Assembly: GCA_010093705.1 (NCBI GenBank)
Contig: MU006089.1
Coordinates: 1,180,455 to 1,244,454, forward strand
Reading direction: 5' to 3'
From: Patellaria atrata CBS 101060
Taxonomy: Eukaryota
DNA: 64,000 bases
In this document: one piece after another, positions 37,948-51,930 of the stretch
Layout of the letters: every line of letters begins with the position of its first letter
Position numbering within the stretch: the first letter of the stretch is position 1
Translations under genes and position numbers: made by a program
The notes under the pieces: model-generated
Databases searched by the model: none
Seen by the model: the letters and a program-made list of their open reading frames with translations, nothing else
What the model was told of the DNA's origin: nothing

Positions 37948-40639
37948 CGTTGCAATTGGTTCAAACCTTTCCAGAAGCACTCAAATTGGCCGAAAGAAGA
38001 ATCCCTCTATATCCAACACAGGAGGTGAAAGGTTCCAGACGTGTTTTGATCTTATAGTAGTAGTAAGAAAAGTTTCACTGCCAGTGAATTGACAACGAAC
38101 GGAGACCCCATACTGCAACTTCCCCTCATCAACAACTCCACGTATGGTCATATGCTTGAGGCAAGGTTTGCCTAGTTCGGAAGTACATAACTTGTTAGCA
38201 GATTCTGACTGGGATAGTAGAGTGTCTGTCCAGTCATATATCAAGTAGAAAGTCACTGTATCCTATTATTGACAACGAGGAATTATAATTGACAAACGGA
38301 AATAAGCTTTATGTACCCCAGACGGGAGCTTCCCCACCAATAAGAATGTTGCAGCCGGGAAAAGCATGGAATGACGAATTTGGACAACGAATATCACTTG
38401 TGGAATAAAGAATTGCTTGGGAGGAATTTGGTTTTGGGTTGATTAATATGATTGCCAAATACGGGTTGGTGGCCGTTGACTTTCGTGATCGCCTCCGTCA
38501 TCCCCGTTCGGCTCGAGTTGACTAGGACTATAAAAGAAGACACATGTACAACGAGATGAGAAATATGAATGAGTGAAATGGAGAACTTGGCTTTCAATGG
38601 AAAATGATATTCACGGACTGTGAGAGTTATACAGTACTGTACCACACTAGAAACCCTACCTGAAATCTGTTTCTCTCTTTAGATCCAAAGAGACAGATAA
38701 TTCTAGAGGATGGATTAGTCTCTATAGAAATTCAGTATCTGCGAATAAGAACACGATGGTCGGTTTCGTTACACGAGCTAAGCAGTTTTGGGCTCAGCTC
38801 TCCTTAAGCTGCTTGTTGGGCATACTAACGCTCTTTTCCTCAGTGGAAGCCGGATTCTCCTAGGAAAGCACGTTGACAGCTGAAGTTTTGCGGATTGTCT
38901 CGATTCCCAAGTCGTGTAATGCGATATCTGAAAACGTGACTAACGGAGACATAGCTACATGGTAGTTGGTCTGAGACTGAATCGTACTGTCAAAGGTGGG
39001 TATATCGGGAACTGGAGACTATTCTCGAGACTTCATCAATCCATAATAACAATATCCCGTCCTACAGATCGTAAGATAGTGTAAAGTCCTGTGGATATCC
39101 TCGTGAAATATAAGCGTACGGGCCAATTTCACATTACCATAGCGATGCATTCTTCCTAGGCCTTGAAGTGCTTCCACGGGTATTGGTAGTATTTGATGTC
39201 CCATGGTTGTAGATGCTCTAATACTGCGTTGATAGGGTCCATAGTAGGCCTTACTATAAAAATCGAAATGGACGTTCCTCTTACTTTGCGGAGCCATATA
39301 ATCGTCCTTGAAGACACGATTATTTTCCTACAAAAGAATCCATCAGCATAGTTCGTTTAAGAAGTATGTAGTGATCCCATCAGAAGCCCCTAAACAACCA
39401 TCCAAGCAGTATATATATTTCCAGTTATCCTCTCCCAAAGTCAGTTCAGTACGACCGATTCTAAAGTCATTCACGCGACGCGTCTGGACACGGATAAATG
39501 CTTGGGCATGTCGTAGGAGTATGGTATACGTTGACCGATAAGACAAGCTTCCGTAGGTTCGAACACTACTGTAAAACACTAGTACAAGAGACAAGTCGCT
39601 CTCATCAACTCTAGTAATGCGATCTTGCTTATTTCACGTACAGTACCCCCTCACACTGTTCCCCTTCCCAGTCCTCAACCGTACTCATTGCACCAGTGAA
39701 AGATCCCTGTCTTAATCTTGGAGGACATCGAGCTGAACATAAAAGCGAAATAAGATCCTGTATTCAAGGACCGAACCATGCCAATGCTTGCCTTGAGGGG
39801 TCGGATGCTCGATAGACCGCGAATTGAGGCTGAGATGAAAGGTTGTTGAACAGCTATGATGGCTTGATAGCAAGATCCAGAGCAGATCGGATCTAGGATG
39901 AACCATGACCTGCCAGTATAGTCCGGATCCTATAAATTGGATTCCGGCATTTGGAAACCGTCTATCGGTCCTTGAGGAAGGGAAGGCCTGTTGTGACGCG
40001 GTTTCGGGTTGACTTCTGCCCAGCTCCCCATCTAGAGATGTCGAGGGTGCTACGGTAGAGCAGACACAACAATACGCAATTTTCCCCTAGTCGTCCAGTA
40101 TCGGATAAATTGAAAATATTTGAATTAAGGACGTTTCGGGGGGATGAAACTAGCAACCACCCGTACATTTGAAATGAGAACAGCTAAGTCAAGCTTTTGA
40201 ATGACATCCATGAGGAGTGCAGGGAGGTCTGGAGTACAGTAGATCCCCCTAAAGGTATCAAGAGGACGGCGATTGGATCTCGTCTGGGCAAATTATAGAC
40301 TGGCTCGGGGATGCTTGATCGAATGTGTTTGGAAGTGGTGTGTCCATAGACCAGAGAAGGGGTTGCATGAAGAATCGTAACTACCTCACCATTCTCAAAG
40401 AGTGAATATCAACGTTCGTTATTAAACCTTAAATCTACCTCTAGACCAGTCTTATCTATATCGCGGGAAGGTATTCTTATGTACAGGAGAACGAATAGGG
40501 CTGAATGAGCGAAAGGTCAACTCTAATATGTGCAAAGAAAATACTTTTGAAAATCTAAACGAACGAATGCTAAACGCAGTACGCCATGAGCAAACAACAG
40601 TCTATGTATCTGGAAGAAATGGGGATCTGGCACCATCTC

Positions 40640-42004
40640 TTACTCATAACGGTAGCAGAATGGACCGGCCATCGTGTTCGTAACCTGGTCTAATGTCCTA
40701 ACTACTGGATCGACGTAGCCCATGTCTATGGTATCGGAAAGGGTTGCATTCCTGCTCGGGGGCGAGTTGGAAATAGTGATCGTTCCAGCGATTTGTTTGA
40801 TCCGTGCTAAGGGAGATAGATTTTGCCACGTCCACCATACACGATCAATCTGGGCGTGATGAAGGAAGAACCATGGGTCACCGGGGGAAGTAAAGAAATC
40901 ACCACCTGGGTCACCTCCGATCGTGAAGTGACCTGCGGTGTGGACACCCATGAAGTTGCCCACGAAAGCTGGCACCCCTCCTTGCAAGTTGGCCCAGAAG
41001 GTATAGATATCTGGAGTCAGGAGGAGCTTAGCAACTTGATTGTCATTTGTCCACTGTCGAGTCGTCCATGAGGATATGTCACGCTTCAAGCAACGAGGGT
41101 TGTATCCCAAACCGATGAGGGGCGCTTGTGCTGGGTCGGTGTAGTCACTGTAAGGGTTCGGTGGTACGCAGGTGAGATCTGGGAAGACAGGTCCAAGATT
41201 CACTTTCCAGTCCTTGAAAGGGCCATCCTTAATACAACCCCCACCCGAGCCATGGGGAATATTAATCAGTGGATCCATGTTGGTGGGAATTCCGTATGAT
41301 GATTGATTACCGCAACCATATACACCGTTTCCAGACATGCTTGTTGCGCTACCGTCAAGTGCAGGCGATGACATAGGGTCATAGGCCCACTTAGGCCAGT
41401 TATAGTATGGCTGGTAGCCATCATAACCGCATTCCTCACGAAGGGCCTTCTCGTAAGCCCACACGAATAGACGGTGCCATCCTACGAAGTTTCCTGTGTT
41501 GTGAATCTACGTACGGAGAGTTAGGTATCGATAAGAAGTGGGGGGCAAGTGGGAGGACTCACACTGAAGGTTTGGTTGATATGAGTGGCAACAAAGTCAT
41601 CATACCGACTTCTCACTCCTGGTGCTTTGGCAAGTGGTGTTTTGGGTTGCTTAGTCGCTAAACACTTGACGGCGTTGATGTACTTTAGTCTTTGGGCTTT
41701 GGTAAGTGAACTCCTATGTGTTGTCAATAGCTGTACTACAACACTACGCGTAGGTGTATATCACTAACCATTCTTTTCGCACTGCAATGTTCTTGGAGTT
41801 ACACTTCTTCCATTCAGAAGGTTTTAACTTTTGGAAGGTCTCCTGATTTACTAAAGCTAACTTTGCCAGCAAGTCGGATTTTAGGGTGAAGATTGACGCG
41901 TTGGTATCACCAGCGGAGGCGGCCGCATTTTGTGGTGGCTCTACGGCTGCAGCCCAAGTCAATGGAAGCAGCACTGTGGCTGTTACTAGACTTGGAAGAC
42001 GCAT
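40640..42004 (-). CDS. Secreted tyrosinase/catechol oxidase (type-3 di-copper)
   Basis: Signal peptide; 'VRKEW', 'YINAVKCL', CuA 'RYDDFVATHINQT..IH..GNFVGWHR', CuB 'GVHTAGH', 'SPGDPWFFLHHAQIDRVW', C-terminal 'FCYRY'. Two introns. Confidence 0.93.
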
Positions 42005-44774
42005 GATGTGCGGGAAGTGATCAAAATAGGACTCCAAGTATGTTTGAAGCAAAGAATCAGGCAAAAAAAGACATAAGAATAGGAAATAGGGTTTAAGGAT
42101 GAGACACAAAGCGGATGTTTAATTTATTAACCTAGAAAAAACGTGTGGATAAATGAGGGGGAACGGGAAGATAGATATAAAGGAATGTGAGTTGGGCACC
42201 TACTCTTTGAGTTCATGAATTATAGACCTCAAGTTGCCATATTAGAGAGCAAAGCCCGGCCCTAGTTTCGAGGTCCTAGGCAAAGAGACCATTCAAAGTT
42301 AACTTGACAGGCCATTCATCTGTGCGTCGCAATGCTTTAAGAGTACACGAGATGTCAAATCTTGGAACCCTTGAAGTGCATATGGCACAGGTAAAGAAAG
42401 TAGTAACAGTGCCGCATAGTACAAGGACTGGTCCGATCCGACCCTACCAGCCTACCTAAATGGTATTACATTTGATTGGATACCGACTGAGCCCAAGACA
42501 TTTCTGCAGAAGCGAGTGTTGGTTTCTTTAAAGATAATCTCGTCGTATTGGATAACGAAAGTAGTTCTGCAAGCAGAACGATAGTAGTAAGATTAGCGTT
42601 TTCTGTGGAGGGAATCATTCCTGGTTTTGTCGTTTCGACCGGGCCTGCCCTGTAGAGAAGGCAAAACTAGAACCGATTCTAGTTCTACGGAGAGCATGCA
42701 TTTCAGTCTAGCTTAGTGAAGAAAATTTAGACGCCGCGGAAGCTCTGACATCTACACCTTGAGTCTCGCGTTGCAAGGTTCTATATCTCTTCGTTGATAC
42801 GGGGTAAGAATTGCAGAGATGTCCGGCGGATAGTTCCAAGTTTAAAGTACAAGTACATTCTCCTAAAGTGGCCCAGAGTATGGGGCGGTTTCGAAGCGAA
42901 GTTTGAACATATTTAGAGTGTTACCTTCATTTTCAAATGGAAACCGTTGGGTCGTTGTACAGTACAATACAGGAGTAGGTACAGTAGAACTACCTACAGC
43001 ATCGGGTGGAAAACTGTAGTCTTGCGACTTCACCGAACAGCGGTTGTCAATATACTCGATCTACAGTACCTCTAGGGAGTGAATACGCAGGAGGCAAAAA
43101 CTAAGATCTACCGTTAAGCTCGGATTGAAAAAATCAATTGAAGATGCGGCTCAAGAAATCCTTGAAGGAAACGGGATGGGACAGTCAGACGGGATGTTGT
43201 TCTCGAAGGCGAGATCGAAGGAAGCAAAACCTTGAAGTTCTTCCTGTGGAAGCTGCAGATGGGAAATAGCAGGACTTTCTCTTATTATTTCAATGAAGGG
43301 GAGGGTTCAAAGACAGGACGTCCCCAGGTCGCTGGGATCAAGGCTTTAGGGGTTGCATCTGTGGCAATTCTTTACTCTGTAGACCAAGGGGATGTCGGCC
43401 GGGTAAATGGGAATGAATGTTCTAATCCCCTTTCCGATGCCGAGACTCTCCACGACCGCCACATTTTCCCCTCACCTCATGAGTTTCTCGTTCAATTCTG
43501 ACATTCTTTCACTCCCACGAGTCATAAGCTTTGGGTATGTCTTACACAAAACTTCGTTGTAAGCAGCTTTACAGTGTCTTTACCGAGCCATAGTCCTTTT
43601 CTCCCTCGCTAAGAGATTACCTACGGGTACCTTGTTCTGACGGCTCAGCCCGAATTAGCCGAATTAATATGGCACATATAACACTGCCCCTTCTGGCTCC
43701 AACTCTTCATGTACCTAGGGTCCCCAAGTACCTGAGCGGCCTACTATCATGTAAAGAAAGAGTGGGTGATCTCGAACGCTTTTCCGAATGTAGCATAAAT
43801 CCTCGGGAAAGTTTAACGCTGATAGAGTGAATGTGGAGCCGTCGTACTGTTGCCCAGCATGTAGACGAGAAATTTCGAGAACTCAAAGAGTCAAAAAACA
43901 TAAAACAAGCTGTCGACTGTCGAGGCGTGAGGCGTCTGTGAACCAGAATCCATCACATGCTTTCTTACTTTTTGTTGTAGATCATCAAGGGACGCGATGT
44001 CGCAACGAACCGTAGCAGGAGACGAACAACCCGATTTCAGGGACGGTGATAATAGGCACGAACCGCACGACGGCTTCTATCCATGTTCTATCCGGAGCTT
44101 CGTCCATCCTTTCAGACGTTTTGAAAAGGCCCATTTTGGTCTTTCATTCGCCATGTCCCTGTATTTCATGTTCAACTGGGCGAAACTGAACGTACGAAAC
44201 GGAAGAAGTGTCACCTTACTCATCCATCCAGATCGACTAATTAAAGCCACATCCGGCTCTTCCCCGCATTCATCCTGGCCCTTGTTCACATCTTTCAAAA
44301 GCCGTAGGGATACCCCAGGTTTTCCCTCAGCCCTGTCGACTGTATCCGGTTGGTTTGAAGGCAATTAAGGTTTCAGTGATCCCTTCCCCTGGCCCTGTAG
44401 CAGCCGTGACGGGTTAGCGGCAGTTTGGTATACGGCCTTTGGTTGGTCTACGGGCCCATCAGCAGTAACTTCCGCTGCATAAGCGTCATTTCGTGATTAA
44501 CCAGCCGAAAAATACAGTGTACTTTCATACTTCCGCTCATGGATTATTGAACCGTACGTAGGATCCTCGATTAGATTTTTGTTGCGTGCTCCGATATTCG
44601 ATCAAAACCTGTCCTAACCTCTTTGTCTGCGTGCTATAGAACTAGAGCTCGCGATAAACTCGTAAAATGCCCACTCTCCGCTCGGTGTACATTCATTGAT
44701 CTTGCATCTCCACGCAGAGCAAGTTTTGACTTCTGCGTCTGCATATCTGTGTCGGTGCTCTTTCTCCAGACTTG

Positions 44775-46343
44775 ATGTCCCCCCAACATCACCTCATGGT
44801 AATTCTTCCCAGACAAGAGGCCGGCCCCCCTTTGGGACCGCCTCCATCTCCTGAATATCTCAAGGAGAGCATTCAGACGAAATTGCTGGCAATAAACTGC
44901 ACCCTGTTCGCCATCGCCTTCGTCACGGTCCTGCTACGTATATATGTTCGAGTTTTTATGCTCCGTTCCTTCGGCCTCGATGGTAAGTTTCGGACAACCC
45001 AAGATACAGTGCTCGATGCTGACCTTCGCTTGAATAGATTGGCTTATGATGGTAGCCATGGTACGAAACCTGCAGCAATAAAATTTGACTTCGGTCCTTC
45101 ATGACTGACGGCCTGTGTAGCTACTGAGTATTGCATGTTGCGTATGCCTCATCGTTATGGTCAAACTTGGGATCGGGTTGCATGCCGAAGCAATCAAGTT
45201 CGAAAATATTTTACCCATATTTGCATGGACTTGGTTCTACTCGATATTCATCATCTTCGCCTATAGTTTCATCAAACTATCCATCGGGTTCTTCCTTCTC
45301 CGGATTGCGCAAAGGACCAACTTCAGACGATTTCTCTACGGAGTACAGAGTATGCCATTCGCCCTTCAATCTTTGCACGTCTTCTCACATTCATAGTTTT
45401 TCTGGTCTTATTCACCATTGGTTCAACGTTAGCCATCATTCTACGATGTCGCCCTGTTCGCGCCGGTTGGGACATTACGTTACTACCGCCGCTTGGGTAT
45501 GTTACCTGCAATCAGTTTCGCTATTAACGGGAGGTTGTCTGCTAATGCTTATGTAGAACCGCCAAGTGTTATGACAATGAAATCTTCAAGAATGTCGGGA
45601 TATTCAATAGCTGTAGGTCGCGTTTTTACTCGAGATGGATCGATTTACTGAATATATTCCAGCTATAAACATCGCCACGGACTTGCTCTTTGCGATCCTT
45701 CCAATTCCTCTTATCTGGAAGTTGCATGTCACCAAGAGGACTAAAATATCCCTTGCTATTATCCTCAGTCTAGGTTTCTTGTAGGTCAACTCTAGTCTTC
45801 AGGATGTACGTACCCTAACTCTTTAGCGCGTCTGCAACCGCAATCGTGAAAGTTCCGATGCAAGCCAACTTCTTCAAAGTCAAGGACTGGTCGGGCGAAG
45901 GTGCCTGGTACTACATCTGGCAGCAAGTCGAAATGAACGTCGGTATCATCGCTGCCTGCCTCCCGACCCTGAAACCGCTCTTCATCAACCTCCTCGGTTC
46001 CGTCCGTGCCTTAACCTCAGGCAGCACCCCACGCTCCAAGGGCTACAAGTCCAACACCTCGCTCGGCTATATCAAGCAGAACTCTCACAACGACCCCAAT
46101 AGTAACATTGCGCTCGGCGATATGGGCAACACCGGCGTCAAGAACCCGTACTCCGTAAACGTCACAACGGCAGGTGCCAGAACGGAGTTCACGATGTACG
46201 GCTCTCCGCCTAAGAGGGAAGATGGAATTAGTTGGGACATGAAGAATAATGGTGCGAATAGTAGTGATGAGAGTATCTTGCCTTTGCAGGGTGCAGGAGC
46301 GAGAGACGGAATCGTGAGGACAACAGAGGTTACTGTTTCGTAA
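44775..46343 (+). CDS. PTH11-like (fungal rhodopsin-domain) 7-TM integral membrane protein, no CFEM domain (7 exons)
   Basis: Spliced motifs 'LRIYVR..FGLDDW', 'GIGLH', 'IKLSIGFFLLRI', 'CRPVRAGWD', 'INIATDLLFAILPIPLIWKL', 'VEMNVGIIAACLPTLKPL'. Confidence 0.9.
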
Positions 46344-46622
46344 ATATATCCTGGGCGGTGTGGGAAAAAATCAAACTATTCCGATCGGGCTAATGAGGTG
46401 TACATGTATGTTTGGCGTTTGGCGGGAGGCTCGAGTGTCTTATACTGTACGATCCTATGCGAACGAAATGAATGATACCATTTTTGATTATACGTAGTCA
46501 ATGCTATCCATAGTTGCAGCCGATCAGGGTTTGCTTCGGAATGTGACCTATAGGTCTGCTATTGAACGTTCAGCCTTCGCATCTTGCTTCCGCGTACCGT
46601 GGTGACGGGCCACGAATATGGG

Positions 46623-48988
46623 TTACATTGCTGGGAAGCCGCCGTTGAACATTGTGTCCATCCAGGGGAGGCCATAAGCAGAATCAAGAACGGTGAAACC
46701 AGGATCATTGCTATCGTCCAACCAACCCATTTCCGAGCTGAGACGATCAGCGTTAAACATCGAAGAGTGCAACACGGGCGTGTCGGGCATAAACGGTTCG
46801 ACGGATGGAGTGATAGCCTCCTTAATAGTTGATTTCGACGATGATATAGTAGCTTTACGTAGGTTAGTAAGTATAAAAAAGCTGGGAGTTCACTTGCGTG
46901 GTTTCGTACAGGGAGTTTTGAAGTCCCCGACCTGGCCCTGAAATTCTTCGCGCCACCACCACAGGGCATCTAACACTGGGCTCATCGCCAGCCGACTGCG
47001 GACTCGGAGTACGGTCTGCTCACTACCATCCGGGTTACGGAAAGCGCGTTTACTGTCCCAAAGGTCTATTAAGATGGGAGTCATTCGAGCAGGAAGTTCC
47101 TCTTTGTTAGGTGATAACTGTTGTGAAAGACTGGCTCCGAGGAAGTAGGCCCCCTTCGCGCTCTCATAATCTAAAATTTTCGCCGTCGAACTTTTAAGAA
47201 GGCGCAGTAAAGTGGTTGTTGCAAGCATTAAGGCGTATGGAAAATACCTGGGAGCAACTTGCATGATAGTTTTATTCTTATCCATGTCTTCAACGACACG
47301 AACAGCACTGGTGTATAAGCGGGTCAATGTTAGGGGGTCTAAATTCCGTAAGTCTTTGTAGAAATGGAACACGTCAAGCGTTAAATTAGCAATATAGAGT
47401 GAACTTCGATCTAAATCTAAGGCGTTATCAGCATCAAGTGGATGAATATCTCCCAGAAACAAAACGAACCAGTATAGGCTTCGCCCTCCATATCTTGAAT
47501 ATGAGATCGAAAGACCCGTAAAAGGATGTTCATCGCGCGTTCTCGATCCGGATTGAGAGAATGAAGTCCATTTTCTACCAAAGCGCTACAGCACTTTGTT
47601 GTTATGGCCTGCAGTTTTACTTGAAAGCGTATTGTGCGTGATATCGTGTTTCGGACAAGGATCTGTTGATCAGGCTCAAATGTACCATCCACCAAGGTTA
47701 GAGGTGGTTGGCCCATGAACTGACATGTTCTGAGAAATGTTAGTCCACCTAAGCATGTTTTACACCGTAGGCTTTTTTTTTTTTACCGTTGATATGTGAG
47801 AATACAGAACGCCCAGAGTTCTGCTCGCCGGTTAACATCATCATCCGTCAAGCGTAAACGCACCTTAGAAAAATCCTGACTAGAAGCCGGGATGTGTAAC
47901 CCTATTCTCATGGCCATGTGGATCATTGCGCCTGCAAGTGGGAAAGTAACATCTAAACTCAGAGACCGTTTAGTGAAGGGCCACATCAGCAATACAATGA
48001 ATCCCTTTATGCTCGGTAATGCAGCATACTGTGCTTTAAGCATCTGCAACGCTAGGTCAATGACCCTACTTGCTAATGGCGCGAGAATACTGTCTGCAAT
48101 TGGATGACGACGACAGGAAACAGACATAACCGCCCAGAATAAAAATGGGGATACGGCGTAAAGTTTGTTCGGGCTGATGCTTGGGCACATGATAGGGAGA
48201 AACTCATTATATTCCGTTAGATATCTAAAAGTGTTAGTACTTTGATGCTAGTGGGAATTGTGTCTATATACATCTGGTATAGTTCATCAATAGTGACAGC
48301 GTCGATTTCAATACCGTCTAGCGATTGCGCTTGAGTAGGTTGCATGTGTTTTTCCTCTATTTGCTTGATGCTAAGCGGAGGTGGGCCAACCGAATCGTCC
48401 GGTACGGGAGCTGTAGGCACATCGTTGACTTGGACGGCAGCGTTTGCCCTCGGAACAAAAGAGGATTGTATGGACACCGTACGTTGGCTGTGATTATCTG
48501 ATTCAGCTGCTGCTGCAAGCATATCAAGGGATGATGCATGGACATCGGTCCGTGTAGTTGTTCCAAGTCTTCGTCGGAGAACATCCGTCTCGTGCTGGAG
48601 CTCAGTCAATCGCCTAGACTATTATCAGCAGCGGTATGCTAACTTGAGAAATACTTGTCAATAGCATACTGCCGCTTGTGCTCTCTTTTGAATGGCTCCA
48701 AGATGACACAATGAACATTTAGTCTACAGCATCTAGAGCATGGTTTCCCAGGATCTAGGTATGCATCGCAACGAGCCTGCCGTGAACGGTTAGTTTTCAC
48801 CTCTCCCTGACACGTCCAGTCAGGAGCTGAGATGTACAAACCTTTTGTTGACGGCATTCAGTACAAGCTCTCTTGCTTCGTTTCGTTGACACTCTGAGAT
48901 AAGTTTTGGTGAGCGAACCCTCACACGAAAATTTTGACACTCAGAGCTATAAGACTCACATGTTGTCTGGTATGAAGGATTCGCTCAT
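46623..48988 (-). CDS. Zn(II)2Cys6 transcription factor (Leu3/Sef1/PriB-like) with middle homology region and acidic C-terminus
   Basis: Spliced 'KRSKRACTECRQQKARCDAYLDPGKPCSRCCRLNVHC', 'SPFLFWAVMSVSCRR', 'AMRIGLH..QDFS', 'LRVRSRLAMSPVLDALWWWREEF'. The final exon ends 'WMDTMFNGGFPAM*'. Confidence 0.88.
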
Positions 48989-49396
48989 CGTGCTTTGTTC
49001 TTACCCTTCTTACGACCATGGCAGCATTGGTGTATAGTTCGGTATTAGAATGTTAGAATGTCTATTATGGGCATGATGTACGTAAACGACCTAATTAAAA
49101 AGCTCCGTAAGGTTGAAGTCCAGTTCGAATGCAATCAGGGAGTAACCAGAATATAGATATCAACCAAGGATTACGAATGCAATATATAATTTCAGTTCGA
49201 AATGACAGGATGATGTTTTGGATGTTTTTGTCTTTTCCTCAATGCAATATAGACGTATAGAACAGACGTGAAGTTCGATGTGCCTCGGCTCGAGCTTCCA
49301 CGCAGATCACCCAATGAGGCAAATATAGCCGGATCTCAACTTCGGTTGGGACGGGAGTGTGGTATCGCTTCTTCAGCTTCACAATTTTTCAATTGT

Positions 49397-51930
49397 ATGA
49401 TGAAATCGGTACTGATTGTTGGCGCAGGCCCAGCTGGCCTTGTCGCCGCTAAAACTCTTATCCACTCGTCACATCCCAGTCGATTCGCTGTAACCATCGT
49501 CGAGCAGAAAGAACGAGTTGGCGGGATGTGGGCGATTCGGAAGGGTGATCGAAATGGAAAATGCAACTCTGACATGCTTACCAACCTTAGCAGGTTTACA
49601 GTCTCATTCTCTGACCTATCGTGGGATTCCGTGTCTCTTAACGATAGTACGAACCCGCTCGTCAATGACAGTGAAGTCCGCAATGTAAAACAAACGGCAC
49701 CGATGTTTCCAAGAGCGTGGCAAGTTGGAAGGTACCTACAAGCTTATGCTCAGATGTATATCCCCGAAAACTGCATAAAATTGAACAGTAAAGTCACCAA
49801 AGCAGAGCGTTTCCAGGAAGATACTATCCACAAGTGGAAGGTCTCGTGGAACTCTACGCAAGATAGTTCATCAACTCGAGAAGGAGTCTTCGATTATCTC
49901 ATCGTGGGCTCCGGCTTCTTCGCTGTTCCAAATCCACTAGGGATTGATGTTTCCTCTGAATCTGCAGGCAAATTGGATCCCACAAAGTTTACGCACAGCT
50001 CCCATTTCCGCCATGTCACTGAATTCATTCCTGACCTCTATGAAGGATCAGGCAATATTGTGGTCATAGGCGGTGGTATGTCTGGCTCAGAAGCGGGAGC
50101 ATACGTAGCTTCTCAGCTTTCTAGCGCTAGGTATTCACCTTCCGCTCATGAATCCCCGGTTGGTTATAAGTGTTACCATGTTACATCTCGTCCATTCTAC
50201 ACTATGAAGCGGTACCTCCCAATTGATCCTCAAGAGTCGTCAGGAAAGTATAATCAAACTCCCACTTTCTTACCAATGGATCTCTGTCTATACGATCTCT
50301 CAAGACGGCCTCCCGGTCCGATTGCACCAGGAAATGGACTGATGCCACCTGAGAGAGCCGTCAAGACACATCAGTATCTCGAGTCTATCCTTGGTGGCGA
50401 TCAGAAAGATCTTGGATCTTCAGCGCTGATACATGGAGGTGAACAAACCAAACGTCCCGCTTACGTAGGTATCAGCGACACGTATTCTAATTTTGTGAGG
50501 TCTGGTGATATTACTCCTGTAAGGGGACGAGCAAGCGGAGTTGGGACATCTTCGGATGGGAAGATTGTCATACATGTAGAGGCAGGCGATGAGGGACAGG
50601 AAACGAAGACTGCATCTCGTGTATGTAAAATATTCCTGATATATGCTATTTTCATTAAGAAAAGCTCTATGCTATCCATTGTTACCCTAATCATTCAATG
50701 TTTCTGCAGCAGTATCTTTCCGTTTAAGTGTCCAACAATTTCTTTCGAAATAACTTAAGTACAAATACTTTCTCGCCAATGGCTAAAAGTTATACGCAGG
50801 CCACCATCGAAAATGTTGTTGGAATCATATATGCGACTGGGTTCACTCCGCAACCGGCAATATCATTCCTTCCAACTGATGTTCTGGAAACCCTTTGCCA
50901 CGATTCAGACAGCCACCGACTCCCCCTTCTGCTACAACGTTTCAGCTTCTATAACCACAAAGTTCTCAACTTAGCTTTCGTCGGTTTCTACGAAGGACCC
51001 TTCTGGGGAGTGATGGAAATGCAAGCACGTCTGATTGCAAAACAATGGGAGACGGGCGATGTTCTAAAACCAGTTACATCATCATTTGAGAATGCTGAAA
51101 AGGAACTGGACGATCTCCTCTCTCTCCGTGAAGCTCTCAGGGAGCATCATGACCAAAAACCACAATTTTGGATGGGCGACTATGTGGGCTTGGTAGAGAC
51201 TATGTCTCATCTTCTCGATATTCCACGCAGTGATATCGCATCTCCCTCTTCAGTTAGGGTTAGAAAACAGCCCCAAAACGACGACAACAGGACTGGACCT
51301 TGTGTCGCTGCACGGTACACCAGTTCGAATCCGCTCTCTCTCGAGTCGGCGAAGATTCTACGAGACTTAAATACTACCCTTTTGCAATCAAAGTCTGAAT
51401 GCCGTTTTCTGCCTGCAGCCACATTCAGCGCGCTCCAAGGGCCATGGCAGCTTTCGCGCAGGCTAACAAGTTTTCTCACCGGCTTTCCATCTGGGGATTT
51501 CAAGGGCACAGCACACTTTCATCCGCGTCAGCCAACAGACGAGAAATTCGACGCAGAATACTTGTACATCGAGCAAGGAAGCCTCACCATGGAGACCGGG
51601 ATGGTATTATCTGCTACGAGGCGCTATGCCTACAGGTATAATGCAGTCAAAGACCAGATAAGCGCTTGGTTCGTGAAAGATGATGGGTTGACAGTGGATT
51701 ATCTTTTCAATGAGATGGAGTTCCAGCCAAAGCTTGGCGAGGAAAAAGAAGGCTCGATTGAGGATGAGACCGGTTGGATTGCAACATCGACCCATCTCTG
51801 TGAAAGGGATAATTATGATTCTCACTGCGAATTTAGATTTCGAGGTGTAGAACTCGAGAAGTTTGCGATTGATTATGAGGTCAAGGGCCCAAAGAAGGAT
51901 TATGTGAGCCGGACTTGGTATACACGATAA
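49397..51930 (+). CDS. FAD/NAD(P)-dependent flavin monooxygenase-like protein fused to a C-terminal DUF6314-like domain
   Basis: 'IVGAGPAGL', 'VGGMW', 'IVGSGFF', 'HSSHF', 'IGGGMSG', 'YATGF'; C-domain 'LQGPWQLSRRL..FKGTAHF..YLYIEQG..RRYAY..HLCERDNY..GPKKDY'. Intron 50621-50799 joins the two ORFs in frame. Confidence 0.85.
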
